Positions 1 to 11,840 of a DNA stretch of 64,000 nt are shown piece after piece. How positions within the stretch are numbered: position 1 is the stretch's first letter; every line of letters begins with the position of its first letter. The notes below the pieces were generated by a model. That model was given only the letters and a program-made list of their open reading frames with translations. It was not told the origin of the DNA and ran no database searches. The stretch is taken from the NCBI RefSeq assembly GCF_006345805.1, contig NC_043002.1, forward strand, positions 62,682,001 to 62,746,000, read 5' to 3'. Source of the stretch: Octopus sinensis (Eukaryota). Both the position numbers and the translations under genes were made by a program.

Positions 1-1265
1 CCCTTCTTGTATCAAACGCAATGTATCTAGAGCTATAAAATAGAATGTGACCATCTTGCTTTTAGAAGGGAGCGATTTGAAAGAGAATTGGTGATCCTTA
101 AGTCTACGAGTCAACGCAACTATACAGACGCCCCGAGTCATCTTAAGAGGGAAATAGTAAATGTATTTAGTGATAATACGATATATATGTAAGTTAGGCC
201 ACATTGGTCCGTTGGCATCTTCTACAAAGGTCATATGAGTGTCTCATTCTTTTCAGTACTAGTAACTAATTGTTTTACACATCTCTCCTCATTCCTTCTG
301 AATACATCTCACGTCCGTATCGATATCGATTTCGCCTTTCATTCGTCTAGTTTTGATAAAAGAATAGTGTCTGCTAGTTGGATAATGTCATTCAATTCGC
401 TTAATTATTTTGAATAAAAAAGGCTGAAAAATGGCGAAGTGTTTTCAAATTCATCATATTTGGTAGAAGTTTATGTTTTGCTAATTTAACTTACAATAGC
501 ACAAACAAATGGAAGCCTGAAAGCTTTTGAAATTTGAAATTCTGACGTCGATGTTCAGAATTCAAAATACACTTAGAAATGGAATTTGTCATTTATCTCT
601 ATCGGAGGGAGCAGGGTTAATAACATGACCACGGAACAGTAGTGTAGAATCGATTTCCTGATTGTGCTATGCGTTTTAGTTTGATTGAAGTATTTTGTTG
701 AAGAATGTTGGCGAGTAACTCTCAGTAGATAGTGTTTTCAATATTGACTAAAATCTTGAATAGAATAATTTAGAATTTAAATTTCAGTTGCGAACTTGCT
801 TTTAAGCAGGGGAGGGATGTTGCACAAATTAAACACACGCATGCACAAACAAAGTCACATGTGGACTCGCGCTCAGACACATGTGCAAACATACATATTA
901 GAAAGGTGGACTGCGTTTCAAGTTTTCGCCCATCTACGATACTTGCCATTTATGATATTCCCCTGAAGACAAACGAAACTTTATTGTTTAAATTTCAACA
1001 GCATATAGGGTCTTAAATTACTTCAGCCAGCGAGTTTTATCTCGCTAGAGAAAGATGTTGTGGCTTGCCTGTCGCAGTCCCTTTCAACCTCTTATGAGGC
1101 TGGTGATTTTCTGTAGCTATTTGAGTTATAGTTTTAGCTCTTATTTCTAGCAACTGCAGGTGTTATTTGGCATCCTTATTTATGTGTTCTACCATTTTTT
1201 GGTTGTTAATTGCTTTAGCCATGTATATTATAACGTATTTGACATATTATAATATCAATGTATTG

Positions 1266-1302
<37 letters not shown>

Positions 1303-2209
1303 GTATGCATTTATGTAAGTAGTATGAATGCATATATATGTGGGTATGTGCTTGTGTGCGAGCATGTTTGTGTGTGTGTATAATAAAATAGAATTTATAC
1401 CGCATCATTTTTAGAAAAAAAAAATTTGTTCTCGTCTAATAACAGCCACATTAAAACAACATGCATACAGACATACACATACTCACGCACACGCATAACG
1501 AGTTATGTAATTTATCGTCATCTGGCAATTTCGCATAGATGTCTGATGAAATGGTCTGGTTATGTAATAATATGATGTGCAACATGAAAGGGCTAATAAA
1601 TAATCATTAAATGGAAACGTCGTAATATAATGCGAACAATGTCTCTATTCAAATTCCTTTATTACAAACACACAAACACGCACACACACGTAAACACACA
1701 CGCACATACACGCACACATGACAATGCGAAACAAGTTATTTGAAGGGTCATTGACACAAGAATAGACTCGACTTATTAGAATATGGGTATAAGATTTTAT
1801 TCTTACAAAAGGCGTTCGAATATTGTAGAAAGGTATCAAAAATAGCAGATTGAAACCAATTAAATTCTCACTTGAGATTTAAAAGCTTTCGAGCTTTCAT
1901 TATCGGAAGTGAAGGTATCAAGATATGAATAACTCGATCATGTTCGTTAATTATATTGCGGCGAATGATCTCTGTTCGGATTGCGTGGTTAAAGAATGGC
2001 AAGATACCGACACAGAGACAAGAATTTTTGATAGGGATATGAATCTCTGCTGGGCATGTGTGAACAGGTACATTATTTTTCTCAATGAGTACACCCCATC
2101 CACTGCACACATATACAGTAATGCGCACATTCTCGTTAAGTTAGAGACACATATAAATAAATAATATAATGCATTTATATATATATGGTATTATTACACA
2201 TGAATGCTG

Positions 2210-2264
2210 TTGACAGTAACTTCGACGTTTCTACCAGCTAAGCCATCGTCGGAACGCCTGTCAA
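2210..2264 (-). ncRNA. degenerate minimal type-I hammerhead-like motif
   Basis: Minus strand: ttgacag-gcg-tt CCGACGA tggcttagctggta GAAA cg TC gaa-gtta-ctgtcaa. Outer stem I ttgacag/ctgtcaa pairs; the core deviates from CUGANGA and stem II is weak. Adjacent to (TA)n. Confidence 0.35.
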
Positions 2265-2747
2265 AAACATTCTCGTATAAGAAAAACAAATACTCTCTAA
2301 AATTATATATTAAATTAAAATTGATTTTATTTCTGACACATAAACACACACATATCATAGTATGTGTGAGTGTATATGTATGTGTACGTGAGTATATATG
2401 TTGATGTATATACATTACACATTTATGCTGTTCTAACGGCAATGATGAGTTCGAAAAACTATCACCTTCTGTCTGTATCGTAGATTAGACACTTCAGTGC
2501 TTCAAATAAAAACGAAAGCGAGTTTTTTTTATATATACACACGTGATATACACACACACATACACATACACGCACGCACACACGCACACACGCACGCACA
2601 CGCACGCACACGCGCACACACACACAACACACACACACACATTGTTAGATTTCGGGACGGTCATTTATTTTTTTGTCAAAAAAATCATCACGCAATATAT
2701 ATTTGTTCTTCCCTCGTTCGTTACAGATATTATATTATTTTATGTCC

Positions 2748-2796
2748 AATGTCCGGAAAACTTTCGCCACACATCTGTGAACTCTTCAGCGGCATT
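2748..2796 (-). ncRNA. minimal type-I hammerhead ribozyme motif
   Basis: Minus strand: aatg-ccg CTGAAGA gttcaca gatg tgtggc GAAA gttt TC cgg-a-catt. Intact core, 7-bp bulged stem I, bulged stem II, very short stem III. Confidence 0.65.
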
Positions 2797-3399
2797 TTCC
2801 ATTCATGTGTGACTTTCTGCTCCGCTTAATCCATTCTCCGTATGTATATGTGAGAGTGTGTGTGTGTGCGTGCGTGTGTGTGTGTGTATGAAAATACGTA
2901 TGGATGTAATAAACGCGTGCTAGTAATTCTGTGGTTTTACACCATTGTGTCAATCATATTGAAGCCAACAATAATCGCACTCACCGGATTGTAGCAAAGA
3001 AGAGAATACACTTTAATAGCCGAAGATATGCTTACCCGAAACCACGATAATAATGCAGGTTGCGCATAGAGATAAATTAGATTTTTCGCATTTTATTACA
3101 GGTGTGTTAATGAGATCTGAGCATTGTATTTGAACAGTTGTGTGCTGTGTATTCACGGGTGTATACTATTTATTCTCTTATGTGTACACTGTATATGCAC
3201 TGGTGTGTATTGTGTATTGCGCATTGAGTATTCAAATGTTTACATACTTTGAGAAGAATTATCCTCTTATATGTATATATATATATAAATACACACACAC
3301 ATATGTATATATATATATATTTATATAAAATATGAATTAGAGATAAAACCACTATTATGCAACTCAAACAGTGATAGAAATAAACCAATACATAAATAA

Positions 3400-3851
3400 C
3401 AAATAATATATATAATTAATAAAATATATAATATATGTATATAATTTTATATATATATATATATTTACAACACATATATATACATACATATATATATATA
3501 TATACACACATATATATATATATATACGTATATATATATATTTACACACATATATATATATATACGTATATATATATATTTACACACACACATATATATA
3601 TATATATATATTTACACACACATATATATATATATATATGTACATATATATATACATATGTACATATATATATATATATACATATGTACATATATATATA
3701 TACACATATGTACATGTATATATACGTATGTACATATATATATACGTATGTACATATATATATACGTATGTACATATATATATATACGTATGTACATATA
3801 TATATATACGTATGTACATATATATATATACATGTACATATATATATATAT

Positions 3852-3908
<57 letters not shown>

Positions 3909-4030
3909 CATGTACATATACACATATACACATATACACATATAGATATACACAAACATATATATATATGTGTGTATACACACACACACATATGCATATA
4001 TATATGCATATGTATACATACATATACATA
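3400..4030. repeat. compound (TA)n/(TACA)n microsatellite
   Basis: Direct inspection; source of the YIYI ORFs. Confidence 0.95.
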
Positions 4031-4032
4031 TT

Positions 4033-4157
4033 GTCACAGGCGTGGCTATGGCATAAAAAGCTTGCTTCCCAGCAACATTTCCTCTGTTTCAGTTCAACTG
4101 CATGGCACGTTGAGCAATAGTCTTCGGACCAAACAAAGCCTCGTGAGTAGATTTGGT
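4033..4157 (+). mobile_element. degraded 5' fragment of SINE family A
   Basis: Aligns to the reverse complement of the head of the full copy at 53093-53497 (aggcgtggct...gtgagtagatttggta). Confidence 0.7.
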
Positions 4158-4189
4158 ATATATATATATATATATATATATGCATATAT

Positions 4190-4688
4190 AAAATTGGAGA
4201 AAGTGGAGTCAAAGAGAGTGTGTACGGTTGATCATTTATTTGTTATTCGCAACAATTGTTTCGAGGCATCGTAGTTCTGCAAGAATACAAGTATTTGATT
4301 ATGCAACTGCTTGTTTGCATAATGAGATGTAGTAGTGCTTCCTCAGGCAATATACGAGTGTTGTCTTCTTTAGTTTAAAATCGTCCACTTCAAAGCCATC
4401 TCGTCAAACGATCTCTCGGGGCAAAAACAGTGGGTGTATCAACCGCTACTAATTTCAAACCAGGACAAACAGAGGAGATGATTTTGTATTCGATAATTTT
4501 AAACTAACAGACACAACACTCGTATATCGACTGAGGAAGCACAACTAGATTTCATTATGCAAACAAACAGTTGCCTAATTCAAACACATGTATTCTTGGA
4601 TAACTACGTTGCATCGGAACAATTTTAGCGAATAATACATAAATGTCCAACCGTCTTCCATTTTCTTGACCCCAATTCCTTCAATTTT
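4190..4688. mobile_element. fold-back element with ~190-bp imperfect inverted arms and a hammerhead-like motif in each arm
   Basis: 4190-4380 is the reverse complement of ~4497-4688 with scattered mismatches. The arms carry CTGAGGA...GAAACAATTGT. Confidence 0.8.
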
Positions 4689-4859
4689 ACATTCACACAC
4701 GACGAATGCCCAGACTTAAGCTTGCAAATATTTAACTGTACTACCGATGGTACTCAATAATTCTAGAAACAGGTGTAAGATTTTGAATTTCTTCCTATAA
4801 TCATATTGTATATGACTTGAGATGTTTGCCTTGCTTTGATGTTTGACGTCCTGTTTAAC

Positions 4860-4904
<45 letters not shown>

Positions 4905-4908
<4 letters not shown>

Positions 4909-5070
4909 CTTCTCAGGGAGATTCAGCATGACACAGAGTGTGACAAGATTGGCCCTTTGAAATGCAGGTAATACTCATTTTAGTCAGCTGAGTGAACTGG
5001 AGCAACGTGAAATAAAGTGTCTTGCTCAAGGAGACAACGCGCCGCCGGGAATCGAACTCGCGACCCTACG
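4905..5070 (-). mobile_element. tRNA-derived SINE fragment (CORE-like centre, family-B-like 3' part)
   Basis: Minus strand has a B-box gagttcgattccc, then ccttgagcaagacacttt, then ttcaaagggcc...ctctgtgtcatgctgaatctccc, shared with 9594-9970. Confidence 0.75.
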
Positions 5071-5799
5071 TTTTGACGTGCCAAGATTCTATTGAGTCTT
5101 ATAACTACTCTATATAAATGCGTGTGGTCATGTGTGTGGTTATGTGTGAGTATGTGTGTGTCAGTGCGTGTCTGAGTGTGTGCGTGTACGTGTGTGTTTA
5201 TACATTACATCGTGATAAAATCATTTTACTTCTGTATCAGACAAAATCTGTTATAGTCACTTTTCGTTTATTTCCGGATAATGCAGCCTCTTTATTGATA
5301 ATGTTAAACGCTTTATCCCAGTTGCTGCGGCCCTGCTCACTAACTTCGTTGTTTTTCCGCAGCAGATTTTTCGTTTCTGTTCGTATTTCTGGTTTCTTTT
5401 ACAGTTATTATTTGCTTTTGTTTTAGGTATACATAGAACATTAAGCATGTACATTTGTTATATAAAGTAATTCTCTTGTTTGACCAGTTCTCCTTTCGTT
5501 TGTCAGAAAATCTATTGTTTTTCTTTTGCTTTCTGACACTTACCATTAGTCAGTTCTGTTAAGAAATAACAAGTGTGCTTAAATAGCTAAAGTGAGTCTT
5601 TTATATTGTAATTATTTCTTTAGTTTAACACATGGTTATTTAGCAGACAGTAAATAATTCCAAACTCTCTGTCTGTCTGTCTGTCTGTCTAACTAGCTAG
5701 ATAAATAGATAGATAGATAGTTAGATGTCTGTCTGTTTTTTTTTTTGTATCGTCTCTCTGGATGTTTTGTTGTTCGGATGTTTTGCGTTCTTGGCCCTA

Positions 5800-6183
5800 T
5801 CTCTCTCTATATAAACGGCAGTTTGTCTGTGCGTTTTCTGTGTGTCTGTTTTCTCGTACCCTCACTCTGACCACGGCTTTCAACCGATTCTGATGAAACT
5901 TGACACACACATAGCCCAATGTCATAATTCAAAACTAACGCAGCGAAAATTTTGAAAAGTTCCCCCAGTTCTGAAAAAAATCGATAAATTCGACATGGGG
6001 TCGAGAATCAGAAACCCAAACCACAGACCGTCTAGGGGACGCAACTCCACCTTTTTTAACTCTCAAAAAAAAATTTACCATCATTTTTTTTCCATTTTTT
6101 TGCTATTTTTTGGCTATAACTCTCTAAAAATGCTTTATAGTTATTTCCCTTACAAACCTGAGCAACGCCGGGCGATACTGCTA

Positions 6184-6184
<1 letters not shown>
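5800..6184 (+). mobile_element. non-autonomous Helitron
   Basis: 5' TC, 3' CTAG, subterminal GC hairpin cctgagcaacgccggg about 10 bp before CTAG. Inserted between A5799 and T6185 with no TSD. Confidence 0.85.
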
Positions 6185-6231
<47 letters not shown>

Positions 6232-6233
<2 letters not shown>

Positions 6234-6360
6234 CTTGTGAGTGGGTGTAGTAGACGGAAACTGAAAGGTTTGCTCGGCCCAAAGTGCCACTCTGTGTGAC
6301 TGAACCCTGAATTATGTGGTTCGTAAGCAAACTACTTATCACACAGCCACTCCTGTGCCT
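6232..6360 (-). mobile_element. rearranged SINE family A fragments
   Basis: Short plus-strand piece (gtagacggaaactgaaag) followed by a minus-strand head (cacacagccactcctgtgcc). Confidence 0.65.
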
Positions 6361-6499
6361 GATTTACACATAAACATACACACAGATACATACATACACG
6401 CATACACGCATACATGCTTGCATACATATATACACACATAAAACAAACATGTGAACGCATGCGTATTTATGCCTTTTAGCTTCAGATTTTGCTACAGAA

Positions 6500-6660
6500 C
6501 CAGCAAATTCGTCGGTGGGGTATGTCGATTACATCAACCCCAGTGTTCAACTAACTGGTGTAAAGAAAATACGACTGTGGTGGGACTTGTACTCAGAACG
6601 TAAAGACGGAAAAATGCAGTCTTGCCCGGCGCGCCAGCGATTAAGCCAGCTCACCGCCTT
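6500..6660 (-). mobile_element. degraded SINE family C
   Basis: gtcgattacatcaaccccagtg...gccagctcaccgcc matches the reverse complement of 57941-58170. Confidence 0.65.
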
Positions 6661-7842
6661 CATATACACATTACACATTGGTGCATAAGTATACGAGGAA
6701 TAGCTTCACGTTTGGCTGTGTACATGCTTGTGCACGATAGTATTCATGTGTATGTGTGCGTGTGAAAGCTCACAGATATATCAATGGGCGCAGCATTAGA
6801 TGCTTTGGTTTGACCCTATGGCATATATTTACAAAGCTAGCGGTCGGGCTGTTAGGGAGAAAACGGAAAGATAAGAAAGTGGTGTTCTTTGAACTGTTGC
6901 AAAAGTGATATTCGAGTAGGCATAATAATGTTTGAGCGTAAAAAGGTAAAGACAATACACACACACACACACAAACAGACACATATCTACACGCATAATC
7001 ACATACGGGCAGTTATATATGCACGAACACATACACACTCACACACATGCTCGCACACGCCCTCATGACTGCATAAGCACGCGTGCACGCGCATTCTTGT
7101 ACACAGATACACATGCATATACTTACACACGCACGCATAGATACAAGCACATAAAGTTGTATACACGCACGCACGGCAACACACGAAGAACTGAGGCAGC
7201 ATAAACAAGTCGACACATCTTTGTTGTTGTTGTTGTTCTTGTTTGTTCCAACATGAGATCTCATTAAGAAATCATTTCATCAAAGATATTTCAGCCAGAA
7301 TGATTCCGCCCTCTCTTTTCATGAAGAATTGTATCCCTCTTTTCATTATTCTAAACGACATCTTTTTTCTTTCTTTTTTTTTTTTGAACACGCGAGAGAA
7401 TAACTTGAGTGATATCTCACCATTCTTTCTAGCAACAACAGAAACCACTTAGCGGCACCATATCTTCTCCGAATGTCTCATGTTTTTCATCGTTCTAACA
7501 TTTCTGTAAATCTATACATTTTATCAGAATAAACACACGAAGCGAAACGATAGAATTCTCACCTCTCTTCATACAACAGAACAGTATCTTATTTTACCAA
7601 TTCTATTAGAAGTTCTTTTACTGTTGCTAGCCATCAGTAGTTTCCTTAAAATTCAGATCTAACGTATCAGAGATATCTTTGACATAATAAATACTAAAAG
7701 AAATAAAATCGCGACCGTTTTCTTTCCAAGAGTTAGCATTCAAAGGAATAGAAATAAACCAGCGCCTGCTTTCCATATTAAATCGCCGTAGAGAGGAACC
7801 CGACAAAATTTTTCGCGCGTGCAGACACACACACACACACAC

Positions 7843-7887
<45 letters not shown>

Positions 7888-8309
7888 CATGCATATATAT
7901 AATATATATACATGCATATATATAAATATATATATATATATATGTAAATATGTATATATATATGTATGTATACTCACATCCATGCGATATGTATAAATGT
8001 ATGAACCCAACAACATTTTTCAAATACACATACATATGTGTGTGTATGCATACACTCATACGCATATATATGTGTATGCATGTATATAGATATATATACG
8101 CCACGACTCGCCTACCCAATACACGTTTGATATATCAACGCCATTATCAGAAGATAAGAGCGTTTCTTTAGATTATGTTTTGTGTTTAAGACTTCATAGG
8201 TTAAGTTTATTTTAGACGGTAAAACGATGAGCAAAAGGCGGAGATTAAAAAGGAAATGATAATAGTACCACCAACATCACCACCAACAGCAAACAATAGC
8301 AGCAGCATT

Positions 8310-8408
8310 AGCACTACTACTGCTCCTGCTGCTGCTACTACTACTACTACTACTACTACAATTACTACTACTACTACTACTACTACTGCTGCTACTACTA
8401 CTACTACA

Positions 8409-8452
<44 letters not shown>
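8310..8452. repeat. (CTA)n microsatellite
   Basis: Direct inspection. Confidence 0.95.
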
Positions 8453-8454
<2 letters not shown>

Positions 8455-9240
8455 TATTCTTTTATTAGCCACAAGGGCACACATACAATCATTAAATGAC
8501 GTGCAACAACATAAAATACGAAATCAGAACGATACAATGGGTTTTCCGCGTGCACACAATGTAATTACAATAAAAATTGAACAAATTAAAACTCTCAATA
8601 GGGGAGGCGCTTTAAGAACCTCGTGGAAAAACTCACAAAAGCCACGGGTATCTGAACAATAGGGCAATAGCCCTTCTCCTTTGATTTCCTTTTTACAGGT
8701 GCATGCTCAGAATTAGTCCTTTCACACGGCACATTCTTCCAACATTCATCCACCTTTCAAAAAACTTGCTACAAGGCAACACTTCCCTCAACCCCCAATT
8801 TCCTTAAGACGTTGATGTGGGCTTGACCAAAGAGGAAAATGTCTGTTTTTAGCCCTTTCAAACGAGTCCACCATACTACCTCCTTCTCTACAGCCACCAG
8901 ACAATTAAAAATTGCCTGTCCTTCCCGGCTAAATGAGGGCGGCGCGACAATCTTCTCAATGGTTTCAGCTGATAGCCGGATTCGCCCTACACACCACAGC
9001 AGGTGTTCGACATAAATCCACAGGTCAGCAATACTCGGACACTAGACTAAAGCATGCAAAACGGTTTCATCATTCAGGGTGCACCTCGAGCAGACCCGGC
9101 TGACGGCACTTCCGGGCCTGTAAAGTTTATCCCGAAAGGGCAGCGCTCCTATGTAGCACTGCCTGGCAAGGGATTTCTGGAAATTATTCATAGGCGCAGG
9201 CCCGAAGTTTCTCTGAAACAGACCGGTTAGTTGATCTTCA
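8453..9240 (-). mobile_element. 3' end of a Tx1/L1-clade non-LTR retrotransposon
   Basis: Encodes FQKSLARQCYIGALPFRDKLYR...CSRC...ETVLHALV (zf-RVT-like CCHC region), homologous to 63540-64000. Contains stops; the 3' UTR ends cccttgtggctaataaaagaa before (GTA)n. Confidence 0.85.
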
Positions 9241-9245
9241 TAATA

Positions 9246-9459
9246 ATCCTTTCTATTGGAGGCACAAGGCCTCAAATTGGTAGGGAAGGGACTAGTTGAT
9301 TAAATCGACTCCAGTGCGTAACTGGTACTTATTTAATCGACGCCGAAAGGATGAAAGGCAACGTAGACCTCGGCGGAATTTGAATTCAGAAAGTAACGAC
9401 GGGCGAAATACCGCTAAGCATTTCGTCCAGCGTACTATCGATTCTACCAGCTCGCCGCC
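9246..9459 (-). mobile_element. SINE family C, full length, tail type A
   Basis: Minus strand ggcggcgagctggtagaatcg...gcctttcatcctttcgg...ggccttgtgcctccaatagaaagg; several paralogues in the window. Confidence 0.85.
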
Positions 9460-9460
9460 A

Positions 9461-9511
<51 letters not shown>

Positions 9512-9534
9512 TACTAGCACTACTACCACCACCA

Positions 9535-9567
<33 letters not shown>

Positions 9568-9593
9568 CACTACTACTACTACTACTACTGAGT

Positions 9594-9970
9594 GGAGGCG
9601 CAATGGCCTAGTGGTTAGGGCAGCGGACTCGCGGTCGTAGGATCGCGGTTTCGATTCCCAGACCGGGCGTTGTGAGTGTTTACTGAGCAAAACACCTAAA
9701 GCTCCACGAGGCTCCGGCAGGGATGATGGTGATCCCTGCTGTACTCTTTCACCACAACTTTCTCTCACTCTTACTTCCTGTTTCTGTTGTACCTGTATTT
9801 CAAAGGGCCGGCGTGTCACTCTCTGTGTCACGCTGAATATCCCCGAGAACTACGTTAAGGGTGCACGTGTCTGTGGTGTGCTCAGCCACTTACACGTTAA
9901 TTTCACGAGCAGGCTGTTCCGTTGATCGGATAAACCGGAACCCTCGTCGTCGTAACCGACGGAGTGCTTC
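9594..9970 (+). mobile_element. tRNA-derived SINE family B, full length
   Basis: A-box tggcctagtgg, B-box ggtttcgattccc. Near-collinear paralogue at 61775-62153; flanked by (TAC)n. Confidence 0.9.
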
Positions 9971-10082
9971 TACTACTACTACTACTGATGATGCGCATGA
10001 GGATGACAATAATTATAATCATAATTATGATGATAATAATAATAGTAATAGTAAGAAAAAGAGTAAGCAGAGGAAGAATAGT

Positions 10083-10139
<57 letters not shown>

Positions 10140-11797
10140 AAGTGGTAGTAGTAGTAGTAGTAGTAGTAGTAGAATAGGGATGGCTATCAGTTGTTGAAGA
10201 TAGTGCCACCTCAAAGTATTTATCTCTGCCATAAACTGAGAAGAGTCCATTAGTAAAGGCCATAGAAGAGAAGGGCGTTGGTTTGTATTTATTCTTATTG
10301 TAATCTTGTATAAATCTCTGTAGCGCCACTAACTTGTAAAAGGTTGAAACCTTCCATTGACAGATGGGGCCATAGAAATCACTGCCTTTTGTTAGGTGGG
10401 ATCATATTCGGTCCACGAGAAACATACAAGATGTCAGTGGTTCGTATTTTGTTATCAGTAGTGTTGGTTGTATATGTAACTAGGGCAGGTTTGTGGCTCT
10501 CACTGACAGAAGAAATATATGTCTCTGTAGTTTGTTTCTGAGGTGTTATATTTGGTTCTCTATAAATATAAGAGACATCAGTGAATCGTATCTATTATCA
10601 ACGGTGAACCCTGTATCTGATGAGACGGGCGGGTCGTTTGAACAGTATTACAAACACACCAACTCTTATGGGGGAAAAGCATTGCTCCGGCTCCTATAAT
10701 ATATCTATTTATTGGTAACAAGTCACAGTATAGACCGTTTCACATTGGGAACCTAAACACTTATCCTCCCCTCCCAGGCAATATCCAGTTCGCCTATGTC
10801 CCTTGAAAGGTACTGAGAAAGCGACTATGATCACAGTAGTTACCTGACTTGCTTAATGCAAGCAGTCATATAGCTACTGAATTTTAAGATTAAAATTAAC
10901 CAGATACGAAACGAAATCATCATCATCATCATCATCATTATCAACCTCATCATCATCATCAGCAGCAGCAGCAATGCGTATTCAAACATAGATCAGTCTC
11001 TCAGGGGCTATGTGTAGATTTCACCTTCGCCTTCTTCCAGTCCCAGTATGTCTTACCAACAGGACCATATACAGCTATTTAACTTATAACTGGGGGTCTT
11101 GATACGTACTACCATTACAGACCAGAGCGGACACTCTCCAAATCTACTGAAGTCCCGAGCAGGTGCAGTCCACCTAAAAGAAAAGTCATCAAATGTGCTG
11201 GAATGCACTTTACTATAAATGCAAGCGCTTCTGGGTATTTTTCCATGCCATCCTGTTAATTTGTTACACCACTCGACGCTTATTTACAAAAAAGACTGTA
11301 TACTTCATTAAGTCTCTAAGATTTGTTGTGTTAATTAGGCTGTTTCATTGAAGAAATCTAGGAACAAAATAATACAATGAAAAACAAACAACAACACTCA
11401 TTAAACCAACAACAAGAAGCACATAGCGTTGTCACTATATAGCTAGAAATCGATCATTTCTCATAGCTTTCCGTCTATATAATAATATGCTAGTTCGTTC
11501 GCCCGTTATACATTAGTTAGTTAGAGAGGTGGGGATGGAGTGAATGAGAGGTAGAGTAAGAGTGAGAGAGAGGGACGAGTGAAGAAAGAAAAGGAGTAGA
11601 AAAAGTGATTATTATTTAATACACTTTGGTCAAATGGATACGTGGTCAACTGAAGGGAGAGTCGAAGAACAAGAAAAAAAAGACGACGAGAGAAAAGTGT
11701 TAATGACATGCAGTGATGAAGGAAGGAGTACTTATTACATGGTTAAAAATGTATCTAAAGGGAAAGGTAGATAGAGATGGACAGGGGAGGCAGTTAC

Positions 11798-11840
<43 letters not shown>

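Noticed and set aside
600-620. agggTTAA as a piggyBac-type end
   Set aside because: No matching left TTAAccct terminus upstream within the window.
1538-1600. CTGATGA...GAAAgggcTA hammerhead-like match
   Set aside because: Only 3-bp AT-rich stems; expected by chance.
1925-2067. ORF with two CxxC motifs ending at a possible AG|gt donor
   Set aside because: Short, no recognisable domain, no acceptor or partner exon; consistent with chance.
3435-4274. Long YIYI/HTHT ORFs here and at 42438-43266 and elsewhere
   Set aside because: Translations of stop-free microsatellites.
9594-9670. tRNA-like sequences with A and B boxes
   Set aside because: No complete cloverleaf; they continue into multicopy SINE bodies.
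10610-10652. CTGATGA gacg..cgtt hammerhead-like match
   Set aside because: GAAA is incomplete and the first stem I pair mismatches.
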